Assembly (NCBI RefSeq): GCF_006345805.1
Contig: NC_042998.1
Span: 147,374,001-147,438,000, forward strand
Reading direction: 5' to 3'
Source: Octopus sinensis
Lineage: Eukaryota
DNA: 64,000 nt
The position numbers were made by a program, and so were the translations under genes. Within the stretch, counting starts at the first letter, position 1. The number at the start of each line of letters is the position of its first letter. A model generated the notes under the pieces. The model worked only from the letters and a program-made list of their open reading frames with translations, ran no database searches and had not been told where the DNA came from. Of the stretch, positions 39,849-55,067 are shown one piece after another.

Positions 39849-41138
39849 ATAATATGCTTATGAGTTCACAGATTTATATTTCGATTTCACTTCAGGGTAA
39901 TTGGTGGTATTGAGAGATTCTAGCAGTTCGGATGCATTTTTCTATGGAGTGGGGAGGGGCTTGGTTAGGGAGAAAATCTCTTATTATAAAAGGCAGATTT
40001 TATCTGCCTCCCTTTGGGAGTTATACAAATCTACAATATAGGATTTCTTCAATTACAATTTACCTAGCATTTTTAAGAGTACAATGCATCGCGTCATGCC
40101 AGGTCCAGTTTTTAAAATTTAAACTCCAATTAAGCAAAATTTACAGAAAACTCACATTCTGGTGTGTGTGTCAAATGCTTTTCTTAGTCTGGTTTACACC
40201 ACACGCAAACGCACACACACAGTGTGCAACGAATAAAATGAAAGTAAATAGCGACAGAGTGATTTGAGGAAGACTAAACTGAAAGTATTTAAACCACTAC
40301 TCAAAAAAAAAAAAAACACAGCAAACAGAAACAAATAAATACATAACCATTTACTCCTCACACAATTTCTTCAATTAGAATTTACCTAAGATTTTTCAGA
40401 GTACTTCAGTGGGTGATGCCATAAAAAATTTCTTTCAATTTTACCACCAATTAAGACAAAATTCGAGAAAACTCAATATTTTAACATATCACTCCGAAAG
40501 CATTGATGTACATGTGTGCGTGCGTGAGTGTGTGTGTGTCATTCCTCACACACACGCATACACATACATATACAACTACATACACATACAACTACATACA
40601 AACACGTGTGTGTTTGTTATTAGTAAAAAAGGCGCCAAAACTCAACTCACTTATCATTCCAACACGTTTGCAAAGACACACGGACGGACAGAAAAGGTAA
40701 ATTGGTTTTTATTTTACTCTGTATATATTTTATTATATAATATTATATATAGATATATGTATATATAATTGCAGTATGAAACAGTGTTTATGTATAAACA
40801 GACGACACTTATATATAGTTACCAAGCCGCCCGAATTTACCTATTCATATTTAAATGACAATATCAGAGCAAATCTCTTTAGTACATTCGTGAAAACACG
40901 TATTATACTTCGTAAACACTTCAACTACAGTTTTGTACAAAAATCGAAGTGTAATTTTAATTCCGTGAATTATGGGAGATTTTTTTCCGAAATTTGTTCC
41001 TATTGTGTTTTCAAAATTTGTAATTCTGACAAAAAATGGATACGAATTTCATTATATCAAGCAGCGAGTCAGAATTCGAAGGATTTTCTACTGAAGACCT
41101 TCATAAATCTAACTCTATGACTGAAAAAAAAAAAAGCA

Positions 41139-41530
41139 TCTTTATATAAGAGTGAAGTTGTGTCTGTCTCCTACGATTTAGATTCCTAACTACTCCCACA
41201 TTTTGCGGTGCAGTTTAACCAAAAGCGGGTATCTTATAGTCGTGATTCATATCGAGCCCTTCTGGGTATTAGCGTGCGTCTACGATGAGTCTACGATTTA
41301 AAAAAAATTTACCATCATATTTTTCCATTTTAATGCATTTTTTCGCTTTTATATAAGGGAAGTAACTCTCTAAAAATATCTACGATGTGTCAACGATTTA
41401 AAAAAAATTTACCTTAATTTTTTTTCAATTTTTAATGCATTTTTTTGCTATTTTTTGGCTATAACTCTCTAAAAATGCTTATATAGTTATTTCCCTTACA
41501 AACCCGAGCAACGCCGGGCGATACTGCTAG
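41139..41530 (+). mobile_element. Non-autonomous Helitron
   Basis: A|TC 5' end (41138-41140), subterminal hairpin CCCG-AGCAACGC-CGGG (41503-41518), CTAG|T 3' end (41527-41531), no TSD. Confidence 0.8.
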
Positions 41531-42559
41531 TACAAGAATAAAAGCACAAATCATTTTACATGAATCGGGTGGAGTGTTGATACTTGTGTTATTGTTAAAA
41601 GTTAAAAAATATAAATAAAAATAAGAAAATATAAAGAATTTAAAGGAGGGGCATTAGATTGAGAGACCCGGTATGTGTAAGCCTTTGATTACTTGTCAAG
41701 CACGTGAGTAAATGTGTGTGTGGGTATATGTATGTGCATGATGTGTGTAACCGCGCACATGCTAAGCGGCTGCGCCCGTGTGCAGGTATGTGTACAGTTG
41801 TGGGGTTTTATATATACATATGTATACGATTGTGTGCCGGTATATGCGCGAATGCACATGTGGCTGCAAGTGCGTACGTGCTTGTGTCTGTATATGTATG
41901 TGTCTGTGTGTGTGCGTCTACGCATACGTATACAGGATATAGTTTTGTGGGATCTTTTCTGTTTGACTGCCAAGATTTCAAAAATCAAAGTATATAGAAA
42001 ATTTTAAAATTTGGTACATTAAAGTAGTTTTCCAAACTGAATTGCTGGAGTTATTTGACTTTTCCAGATTAACTACTAAAAGTGTTTCATTACATTAAAT
42101 ATGAAATTAATTCGAACAGAAATTAACTTTGGCAGCCAAACATCAAAGATCCGGTTTGTGTCTCTGTACGTGCGTGCGTACAAGAGTGGGCGTCTTTGTA
42201 CCCGTGTATGTGTGTGTGCGCGTGTGCCAGTCGGTGCCTGTGTGGGTATGGAGGCATGATTCAGGGCGCTCGAACACAGTGATGCCAATCTATATACAAG
42301 CGTGCGTATGTCTATGTGTATTAGAGGAAATGGATGCCTGTGCCTATTGGTAGGATGAATGATGTATGTGGGTACGTATCTATGTGTATGTATTTGCTTA
42401 CTGCGCGTGCGGATGGGCGGACACACATACGTGTGAATGTATACAGGCGTGCGCGCACAGTTATACTTATGAATGTGTGTGCTTGTGTTTAAGCATTCGA
42501 AGCCACAAGGTCAAAAAGGCCTGAATCTGACCATGGCGTCATGCTTGATTGCCATAGCC

Positions 42560-42740
42560 GCTCAAACTAATGCTCCTCCTTATACACTAAATTGTAGTAG
42601 CGTGGAGAGGGGAGGCTGGTATGCATGGGCGGCTACTGGTCTACCATAAACAACCTTGCCCGGACTTGCGCCTCGGAGTAGATTTTTCTAGGTGCAATCT
42701 CATGGTCATTCATGACCAACGGGGTGGTCTTCATCCTTTT
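42560..42740 (+). mobile_element. 3' portion of SINE family C (or of its partner LINE)
   Basis: ATGCATGGGCGGCTACTGGTCTACCATAAACAACCTTGCCCGGACTTG matches the tail of the 18405-18667 copy. Confidence 0.6.
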
Positions 42741-42751
42741 ACCTTTATATA

Positions 42752-43745
42752 TAGGGTGTGATGGGTAAATTGTCATTTTATAGATTTAATTCTGCGCATC
42801 CGCATTGTTTGTTTTTGATTTTGTCGACTAAACGGTATAGTAGTGTCCCTTGGGCACCGTCTGTGAGAAAAACAGCACCATGACTCAATTCACTCTGCTA
42901 GAAATTTGGAAACGACATGCTGTACTACTTGGAATTCGTACCGGAAGTTCCAATGTGAACATTTCAGAGGGTCTGGGTCTCAATCCGAGGACAATGCAAT
43001 CTGAGGACATATACCGAGAGTGGTGAAAATCAAACATCCAGTCAACATCATGGTATTTGGAGTGACCACTAGTGATGGCGACGTTATGCCTCCATTCATC
43101 CTCCCACACGGCCTCAACACGGAGGCCTACATCTGGTGCCTGGAGGAGGTAATGCTGCCCTGGGTCAAGAGGGTGGCTGCTGGAAGACCCTATGTCTGGC
43201 AACAGGGCTCTGCACCATGTCACACAAGCAGGGGAACCAAGTCATGGCTGTCAGACAATTTTTGTGATCACATTACTCCTAACGTCTGGCCACCTAACTC
43301 TCCAGATTACACCCCCTTGATTATTATTTGTAGAGCGCAGTTGAGCGAGAGACCAACAAAATTTCGTGTAACACCAAAGATGAAGTGAAAGCAAAGATTA
43401 TGGCAGCATTCTCCGACGTAACTTGTAGGGAGTCCAGAAGAGTTGCAGTAGATTCCGAAGTCGTCTCGGGATCGTGGTTGAATAAATTTATTGAATAAAT
43501 TTACTCTTTAGTATTTCAAGATATTTTTATGTAATTTTGGTAAATATATCTGTTAAAATGAGATGTCAGTGTTATTTTCATTTTTATGTAATTTGAAGCC
43601 AAATTTCGACATTATTGAATAAATTTACTCTTTAGTATTTCAAGATATTTTTATGTAATTTTGGTAAACATAACTGTTAAAATGAGATGTCAGTGTTATT
43701 TTCATTTTTATGTAATTTAGACGACAATCTACACATCGCACTCTG
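42752..43745 (+). mobile_element. Internally deleted DD37D (maT/Bmmar1-like) Tc1/mariner element
   Basis: 23-bp imperfect TIRs (42752-42774 / 43723-43745). The N-terminal MTQFTLLEIWKRHAVLLGIRTG is joined to KHPVNIMVFGV.TSDGDVMPPF...YVWQQGSAPCHTS...WPPNSPD. The second catalytic D reads G. A 124-bp tandem duplication lies in the 3' UTR. Confidence 0.88.
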
Positions 43746-43761
43746 TGTGCGTGTGTGTGTA

Positions 43762-43825
<64 letters not shown>

Positions 43826-45208
43826 AACGCCCTTCCACTCAGTTTCCCTCTACCATATTCACTCACACGTCTTTGGTCGGGGCTATTGAAGAGGTCACTC
43901 GCCCAAAGTACAAACAGGGTGACTGAATCCGAAACCAAGTGTTTACAAAGCGAGCTTAACCACACAACACACGCGTGCGCACATATATGTATCATATGTC
44001 ATATATCATATATTATATAAACCAGCCAAGAATATATCGGTTTAATCTGCGTTTTATTTCATTTTGTTGGGTGGGAACTAGCTGAGAATGTAATCCGTGT
44101 AAACTGATACTATAATGCGACTTATGCATGTCGCAAGTTTAATAGGGTGATATAAATAAATTGTATTGTCTGTGAAATCTGGTGTTTTAACATGTAAAAG
44201 TCAATATTATTTGATAATCGAGTAATGTATAAATAAGGGACCGCGTACAGAACCCTGTGATATACTGTAAGCATACTTATATGCATGCATATGTATAATA
44301 CACACACAGAGACGCACACATACATTTGCACAAAAACCTAGAAATACTCGGTTTCACGGTGAAAGAGCAAAAGAAACTGGCGCATATTCTCCAAAATCAA
44401 CCTATTAGTGGCAGAGTGAAGATGTGAATATTTGTCAAACAATCCAAACATTCTCCATCTGAGATTCTTATGGGTAAAGATGCACACACACTTGAGCGTA
44501 TGCATCGAGAGTTCAACCCACTCAACAACTTATTGACAATCACCGGGAACTCTCTAAACTCAAAAAGTCTTGTTCCTCTTTTAGCGACGGGTTTGAATTC
44601 TCTCAAAAAGAACTTAGATTAAACTAAAAAAAAATCATGCATGCACACGCGTGCACGCACGCATGCACACACACATGCGTACATGCACACATGCATACGT
44701 GCATACATACATTCATACACACATATATGCATACATACATGTACATACAAACATGCATGCATACATACATACATACATACATACATACATACATACATAC
44801 ATACATACATGCATGTACATACATATATTCATACATACGTACATACATACATGCATACATACATATATATGCATTCATGCATGCATACAAGCATACATAC
44901 ATACCTACGTACGTACGTATATAATGAACACACCTAATCACAGATGATGTTATCAAATGCACCGTCAGGATTTGTAAAATACTCAAAAGGTTTATCATGT
45001 AGGCCTGTATATCTAGTATGCAATGACATCTATGCCTGCATCGATATGTGCATATATACATACACATGAAAATGTATGCATATGTACATGCATGACTGCA
45101 AATAGACAATGAAAGGGTTTCGATTCTAGGCTAGAACTTGTTTTTTTCTCTATTGGTGAAATAAGTCGATAAATAAAATCAGAAAAACTAACGCGCGCGT
45201 GCGAGTGA

Positions 45209-45289
<81 letters not shown>

Positions 45290-45297
45290 TGTGTGTA

Positions 45298-45708
45298 TAC
45301 TTACCAACCACATGGTTCCGGGTTCAGTCCTACTGCGTAGCACCTTGGGCCATATCTTCTACTATAACCTTGGGTCCGACTAAAGCCTTGTGAGTGGATT
45401 TGGTAGACGGGAACTGAAAGAAGCCCGTCGTATATATGTATATATATTCTACATCGAGTGAAGAACGGGATGGACGCTTCGATTTTGTTTTGGTGCCTCG
45501 CTCTGTTGTACATGACTATGAGGATTTGCATCCCCAACGTAAATCGTCTTATAATGTAATACATGTCCTTGGAGTAGTAATTGTACGCGGCTGAAGAAGG
45601 CTATTGACATACAAATTACATCAATTATGCATTGATATATACCGTCTAATAAAAGCCAGAAACATATGTACCGCTAAATCTTTTGCATCATGTTTTTATT
45701 TTGATTAA

Positions 45709-45767
<59 letters not shown>

Positions 45768-45965
45768 TTGTATTGTGTGTGTATGTGTTTGTGTGTCTGT
45801 TTGTGCCCCCAACATCGCTTGACAACCGATGCTGGTGTGTTTACGTCCCCGTAACTTAGCGGTTCGGCAAAAAAAGACCGATAGAATAAGTCCCGGAGTC
45901 GATTTGCTCGACTAAAGGCGGTGCTCAAGCATGGCCGCAATCAAATGACTGAAACAAGTAAAAGA
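45298..45965 (+). mobile_element. SINE family B interrupted within its internal (TA)n by a ~260-bp insert
   Basis: 5' half 45298-45440, insert 45448-45707, 3' half 45790-45965. Confidence 0.85.
45587..45674 (+). ncRNA. Minimal hammerhead ribozyme within a putative solo pLTR (45448-45707)
   Basis: GCGG-CTGAAGA-A-GGCTATTGAC...GTCTAATAAAAGCC-A-GAAA-C(ATAT)G-TA-CCGC: 4-bp GC stem I, full core, bulged stem II, CATATG palindrome, GUA triplet. Confidence 0.75.
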
Positions 45966-46617
45966 GTATACACAATGTGTGCGTATGTACATGTGTGTTC
46001 ATATGTGTGCGTATATACATTATGTATTAATATAAGTTTGTAAGTTTTATTTAATAAAGTGATTGTTTTAAATTGCCCATATATGCGCGCGCGCACACAT
46101 AAACAGATACACACATATACACAGACAAATACAAACACACGCATGTAAACATACACACACAAACACACACACATACTCACAGATACATACGTACATACAT
46201 ATACACAGACACATGCATGCACAAGTACAAATACAAATTTGAAGAATAAAGCGAAAAATATTTAAAAATCAACAAAATAAAATTATGATAGAAACTGAAA
46301 TTATTCTGGTGATGAGGAATCAATAAAAGAAAGCTTTGTTTTTACAATCATTTGAAATTTAATGGAAGAAATATCGATCTGTTATTGATCTTATTGTGTT
46401 ATTAATATCGGTCATTGAACTGAGATTCATGCTGGCTCTCCGCCTTGATGCAGAGAGAAAATTAATAATATCATCCCTAATACATCTTTGGTACTTATCG
46501 AACCAACGAGGGAGCCTGAACATAATCACGAGGTTTGCTTGAAATAGCAGCCAAATTCTTTCATAGAAAAAATGAAATAAAGTTATCATTGATAGGATTC
46601 TGATATTGATTTCAAGT

Positions 46618-48545
<1,928 letters not shown>

Positions 48546-49269
48546 TCTTAATAGTAATAATGATAGACATTCCCGTCGAAGAGTGTTCGGCTTTTGCCGA
48601 ATGACCTGTACAAATGATTTGTTTATAGTGATCAAATATATGTGTTGTATATTAGCTCATTCCCTCCATCAAATCGATGTTTCTGCACAGGTGCACAGTG
48701 TGCTATGCGTCATATGTCGAAGTGATCGCAAAGCAATCACTTGGTCTAGGAATTGAAACCATGATCTCGCGATGGTTTCTAATTTAGGCAGAAGGCTAGG
48801 AATGTTGAGAAGAGGGAGTTGCTAGATGTTACCGACTCCAGTGCTCGGCTGATCCTTTATTTTATCGATAACGAAAAGCTCAAAGATATGATTTCAAAAT
48901 TGAGACACAAATCCAGCAGTTCCGAAGGATGAGAAACAAAGTTTATCTAGAACGGTTTATTGGAGAATCTGTTAATTACCATTGCCAAACAATGAACTCA
49001 GTGTCTATTATCTTGATGCGTATGTAGCTATATCTTAAATTTAGCTATAACTTTTGACCCTGAAATGTTAACTTCGTATGTTCGGTACGTTTTAATGAGG
49101 TGAATAAAAGTGCGTTGTGCGATTAGATTAGAGTTGATAACGTTTAATGAAGAGCTTGTGGTAGAAAGAAATATTTTCGACAGGGAATTAGAAATCTAGA
49201 ACAGCGATTAACAAAGTCATCTCTTTTCAAACTGAGGTGCAGAATGACCGCATCGGCCTAATTAGAAAG

Positions 49270-49630
49270 AAGTGGTCAGCACCCTTATGAAGCAATACGA
49301 GGTGGTGGCAAGAGTAGTAATCAATCCGGACAAGTCGGTGGGCTTTCAGCTCAACAATTAAAGGGACAAGTCTAAGTCGTCGGACGATGTTATTTTGTTC
49401 GGCCCCTATAATTAGGTGAATTGGAACTGAGACGAGGTTATGAGTAAGGTGACCAGTCTTATCTAGAAATGGACCGAGGGGAAGGTATCTCTGGAGGATC
49501 GAGCCAAGGTGGCAAACATCTACATCGCCTCCGTCAACATTTTCTGCATCAACGTCGAGCCATAGCTCAATTACCAGTCGGATCAGACTGGAGCATCTAA
49601 TCTTCAATTTCTTGTGAAAGAGACGCGTTC
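49270..49630 (+). mobile_element. Tx1/L1-clade LINE fragment (RT C-terminal region)
   Basis: LMKQYEVVARVVINPDKSVGFQL...KW.EGKVSLEDRAKVANIYIASV...RLEHLIFNFL* with stops, matching the Tx1 pattern YExxSGxxINxxKS...LSLxGRxxVxN...IFxFLW. Confidence 0.7.
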
Positions 49631-50070
49631 TGCTTGTCTCTTGAACAAAAGTGATCGATGAGAGAAATAGTGTGATGCGTTTTTTTTTTTTATGAAAATG
49701 GTAATTAATAATGAGGGCAGGAGATTAAGAAACAAGGGATTTAGGGTTTTGCATGAAAAGGAAAGTTGAAGTTATTTGTTCATGTGTACAAAAACAGTCA
49801 TTGCACAGAGAATGTCAGCGGATTTCAAAGACGGAATATTAAAAACAAAAAAGAAAAAAAAAGAAGAAACAAAAAATCCTTTCTGCTACAGCCGAGCTAA
49901 TTTTATCATATTATGAAACGTTTTACAATTATATTCATGTACTGTGTAATATTTTCATTGTAATTCACTGGTCTTATTTGGTTTTTATGCTCTATTTTCA
50001 ACTAGTGCTAGTTTGTTTTTGTGGACAATAGTTTCTGTTAAAACTTAGCTGCTTCTTTTATGTTACCACG

Positions 50071-50108
<38 letters not shown>

Positions 50109-50504
50109 TATTATTATTATTATATTATTATTATTCCCGTATAATGAATGTTTTCGCTGTAAATCACTGTTCTTGGCTGTTTTCCAGATTGACTGGCTTT
50201 GTCATCTCTGCTGGTAATCTGTGTTATAAAATGGCTTCGGATAGAGCGAAAGTTGTTTGTACCGCAGGACTATTTTTAAAAATAGTTTTCCTGTTGTCAA
50301 GTTGCGTATTTTGTTCAAGTGTTTTGTTTTTTCTACTTTTCTCTACCTACAATATTTAAATAAATATGTAATACTTAAATACATTAAAAATTATTTTTAA
50401 TATTCCTTACTAAAACCTGCGGACGAGTGGAGTGAGGGCGTACATATCTGTGGGCTTTATAAACTATCAAATACGATGTATGTTTTTCTCTTCTGTTTTT
50501 AATC

Positions 50505-50580
50505 ATTTGAAGTCTTCCACTAAATAAGGAGCTGGTTTCTAAAGAAGATACAAAGCTCCATCGTTGAAACGTAGATAATA
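50505..50580 (-). mobile_element. Isolated 3' UTR fragment of the RLE element seen at 13030-13400
   Basis: TCTTCCACT...GGTTTC....AAGATAC..GCTCCATC is shared with 13035-13095. Confidence 0.4.
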
Positions 50581-51099
50581 AGAACCATATCACAGGCCTA
50601 GATGGTATTTCATTTTTTGTACTTTCGTTAAAATGTGAAGAAGTGTCTAGGCGCAGTCAGTGTACAACAATAGTGCGCTCTTTTATGTTCGCTTAAAGCT
50701 TATTGAAATTTACTAAGAAAATGTAGGGAGTCCAAGCAAGGCTGACATGATCCATCATAGATCTAATCTGTTATTTGAACCACCAATGTTGATATTTCTA
50801 TTGGTCAAACCAGCGCTCAAAGTATGTTTGTACATCAGACTTCTGTCATTATATCGTATAGTTTTTGTTCTATGAATGTTGTTGGTGTTTAGCCACAGGC
50901 CAATCTTGAATGAGCAGATCTAGGATCGAAGTCAATCTAGTCTGATCATCACGTCTTTTTTAAGACAGTAGTGTCTCAGGTAAGAGGCAATATCTGCTAT
51001 TTCTTGTGAGCCAAACGATGTAGTTTCGATCAAATAATAAATTTCTACTATTACACAGCCATACGTTTGAGACGTTTCACTTTTAAAGTATGACAAGTG

Positions 51100-51620
51100 C
51101 AATAGTAATACTTTACCAGTCATGTGTGATTATGTTTGGTGTCTTCTAGTTTTGCAGAATAGGATTGAGATTGGGTGATCTTAAGTTTGCTGGTTTGGAG
51201 CCAAATTTCTTGGTGGTTCATGTAGAGATATGCAACTGTATATGAGTTTAATGTTATCTATATACCAATATATGTTTTGGGATGTGTGAGAAGTTTGAGT
51301 AGCAATGATTAAATCTAGTAGATGAATGAATAGGTGCTTTATGGTATTCCATTTGGGGAAATTATTAACCCAAGATGTGTTTTCTATTTTCTTGTTGCTT
51401 TTTTTTTCGTTTTGTTTTTCTTGATACATAACACAGGCCTGACAACTTGAGAGACAGTCTGAAACAGGGATTGCTTTGTGATGTTTTGAAGAAAGGGTTG
51501 AGTATTTTATAAGTGGCTTTCGCGAGATGAAGTCGAAAGTCTTGCTGAAGTCGATGGATGTTTGACCAGTACGTGTGTAGTAGCGGCGATGGTGGTGATG
51601 GGATTATTATTATTATTATC
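51100..51620 (-). mobile_element. Heavily deleted R4/Dong-type remnant beginning at a (TAA)n tract
   Basis: Starts after TAATAATAAT on the minus strand. Traces ATYKIL, KWNT and WYIDNIKLIY (similar to YMDDIKL). Confidence 0.4.
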
Positions 51621-51749
51621 AAAGTCTGTTTCGTACGAAATCGTCACTTTTAAGTTTCATTTACCACTAGCGTTCAACCGGTTGTTTCTGTGAGTTTAGA
51701 TCTTCCCCGACCGACCTAAATTCAAACCGTTATTATCAAATCTTCTTGA

Positions 51750-51965
51750 TGCAAGGTACTTCCAAAAGTCTTTAGACTTTTTCGGAGATAACATTTATTA
51801 GTTCGAAGAAGTACAAAATTCTCATCACATTCGAAGTAGGATCCTCTGAGTTCAATGCACTTGTTGTAGTGCTCCAGCTACTTAGTGAAGACCCCATGGA
51901 AGTCATCCAAAATGATGTCCAGGATTCTTGTCAGAACCTCCTTCATGTTCTCAATGTCTTTAAAA

Positions 51966-52034
<69 letters not shown>

Positions 52035-52850
52035 GAAATTCTCCTTCAGCTTAGGAAACAACCAAAAGTCACAAGGAACAAGGGCTGAACAGTTGGGAGG
52101 GTGAGGGATAGTTTTGATGTTCATCTCTGTTAAGTAGTTGATTACCAGGATTGAATTTTTAGACTGGTGCATTGGTGCCCTCAATCTGAGTGGAAGAACT
52201 CCGGTCTTTTGCAACGAAATCTCTTCCGGAACTCTCTGAAAACCTGTACAAAGTACTTTTTATTGACCAAAGTACTTTTTGTTAGCCAGAGAGATTCTAG
52301 TAGGTGTAGCTGATACCCTTGATGTTGTAAAAGGGGATCATCGTGAGTTTCCCGGGGAACTTCTTTTGTCTGGCCTTGTTGGTTGTGGGGGAGGGCCAGG
52401 ATTCTTCTATTGGACACTCGGCCACTTGGTCTCTGGATCATAACAATAGAGCCAGCTTTCGTCACAGGTCGCAAGAGACTCAAGTACTCTTAGATTGGAA
52501 GTAATGAGCTCAGCTATCTCCATGCCGTCACCAACGCGTCTGAGCAGTCTGGGAATAAACTTTGCATAAATTTTGCACATGTTCAGATCTTCATGAATAA
52601 TTCTGTGTACAGCTGCCACACCAACTCCAAACTATGCTTATTGTCTTTATGAACATACTTAGGTCTTCATCCAGAAATTTTTCCAATCAGCTCTGATATT
52701 CTGACGCCCTCTCCCTCCCACTGCTTTCATTATCTCTCATCTCCTCTCTACCATCCTTGAACCTCTTCTGCCAGTGACAAACTGTTGCTCGGCTCATACA
52801 AGTTAATCCATAAGCAATCCAAAGTTTCTGTATCGGTTTACCACAAAACT
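51750..52850 (-). mobile_element. Mariner (DD34D) transposon fossil with a (GA)n insertion
   Basis: VHRIIHEDLNMCKIYAKFIPRLL, ATCDESWLYCYDPETK, NAPV and HPPNCSALVPCDFWLFPKLKE. Confidence 0.85.
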
Positions 52851-52899
52851 ATTGCATAGCTCACTTTTTGTTCGGTTTAACACAAGACTTTATTGCATA

Positions 52900-53480
52900 G
52901 CGAGCTTACGAATTGTCTTCACGTCCCGACGGCAGTGTGTAGTAGAGCGTGTTCAAACACTGCTGGGATTTTGTCATACCGTGTCTTTGCTCTTTGTAGG
53001 CCGTGATTTTCACAGAGCCCCCAGTGGATCATTCTTGCCACATTGTAGTGTGTTTTGTAATCGCATTGTGCCAATTTCGAGCATTCGCTAACAATGTGCC
53101 ATACCGTTTCACCCTTCTCATCACACATTCTACATTTATCACACTCGGTTGTGTTGTCAATTCTACACTTCATATAGTTCGTCCTTGAAGCTTGTTCTTG
53201 TGCTGCGCATATAAGTGCTTCTGTCGCAATCTTCCGATCACCACCCCCCTCATCCATAATAACCGGTCTTCAGTATATCTGTCTTGGCGTTTGTATCTCT
53301 TTCAATCTGATCGTAATTTTTTTTCCTTCGATGCTAATTCTATTTTTGAGTTTTTTCCCTCTAAGTTTTTCTTTCTTTACATAATTATCAGTTTTGATGA
53401 CACCGGTCTTCGATACATGTTTCGACAATGGTTCTCTTTACATGCTTCAGCAATGGTTCATGTGTACATGCTTCAGTAAT
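52900..53480 (-). mobile_element. 5'-truncated R4/Dong-type fragment with CCHC knuckle, abutting (TAA)n
   Basis: ATEALICAAQEQASRTNYMKCRIDNTTECDKCRMCDEKGETVWHIVSECSKLAQCDYKTHYNVARMIHWGLC. Confidence 0.85.
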
Positions 53481-53482
53481 GG

Positions 53483-53576
<94 letters not shown>

Positions 53577-53616
53577 TATTATTATTATTATTATTATTAT
53601 CATTATTATTATTATT

Positions 53617-54171
53617 GAGTGAGAGAGCAGTTCATGCCATCAAAGTGACACTGGGGTAAAAAATACGAAGCCCAATATACCCATCATGACTACCCGTCTG
53701 ATAAAGGTACACCAGGCACATGCATCACAACCATATGTGCGCGACATGGTGATCTCATATCAAGATAAACAGCACATGACCTTGCAGGTGGGGCCCAGTT
53801 AGAATTTTCTTCAGGTTGAGTAGCCCATCCCGCTCAAAAGGTCCCTGAATAAGGGTTGTTTAAGGATGTTGAAAGAACCACCCATGTTTCCAGAGGTGAA
53901 CTATTCAAACCCCAAAGAATCCCTCTCAACACATGGCTATGATGCTCCCCCACTACTTCTGCTCGTGATCAGAGATGCACATATTGTCAGCCACTAAGGG
54001 ACATGCTCAACTGGTTAAGGTCAAACAACTGACAAGCAAATCTGTGGTATTGAGCAGAATATTTGCTGTAGCCCATCTTTTATACCAAGACAAAGCAATG
54101 TACATGATAACACTTCCAATCAGTTAAGATCAGAAGCCATGAGAGCCACTGCCTGGTACTGCATCAGGGCA
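53617..54171. mobile_element. ~555-bp non-coding element embedded in (ATT)n (element Y, copy 1)
   Basis: Runs GAGTGAGAGAGC...TACTGCATCAGGGCA with (ATT)n on both sides. It is nearly identical to 59749-60307. Confidence 0.85.
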
Positions 54172-54189
54172 TATTACTGCATCAGGGCA

Positions 54190-54277
54190 TTCATTATTAT
54201 TATTATTATAATTATTATTATTATCATTATTATTATTATTATAATTATTATTATTATCATTATTATTATTATTATTA

Positions 54278-54368
<91 letters not shown>

Positions 54369-54530
54369 TATCATTATCATCATTATTATTATTATTATTA
54401 TATTATTATTATTATCATTATTTTATTATTATTATTATTATTATATTATCATTATCATTATTATCATTATCATTATTATTAATTATTATTATTATTATTA
54501 TCATTATTATCATTATTATTATTATTGTTA

Positions 54531-54561
<31 letters not shown>

Positions 54562-54587
54562 TATTATTATCATTATCATTATTATTA

Positions 54588-54620
<33 letters not shown>

Positions 54621-54648
54621 CATTATTATCATTATTATCATTATTTTA

Positions 54649-54679
<31 letters not shown>

Positions 54680-54698
54680 TATTATTATTATCATTTCA

Positions 54699-54731
<33 letters not shown>

Positions 54732-54759
54732 TATATCATTATCATTATTATTTATTATC

Positions 54760-54820
<61 letters not shown>
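54190..54820. repeat. ~630-bp imperfect (ATT/ATC)n microsatellite
   Basis: Direct inspection. Confidence 0.97.
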
Positions 54821-54823
<3 letters not shown>

Positions 54824-54824
54824 G

Positions 54825-55020
54825 ACAGCGAGCTGGCAGAAGCGTTAGCACGTGGGGCGAAATGCTTAGCAGTATTTCGTCTGTCTTTACGCTCTGAGTT
54901 CAAATTTGCTTTTCATCCTTTCAGGGTCGATAAATTAAGTATCAGTTACGTACTGGGGTCGATCTAATCGACTGGCCCCTCCCCAAAATTTCGAGTCTTG
55001 TGCCTAGAGTAGAAAAGATG

Positions 55021-55067
<47 letters not shown>

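Noticed and set aside
46363-46540. Ion-channel S3-like stretch SVIDLIVLLISVIEL
   Set aside because: A stop lies immediately upstream, there is no acceptor and no S4 arginine periodicity. Hydrophobic runs arise easily in T-rich DNA.
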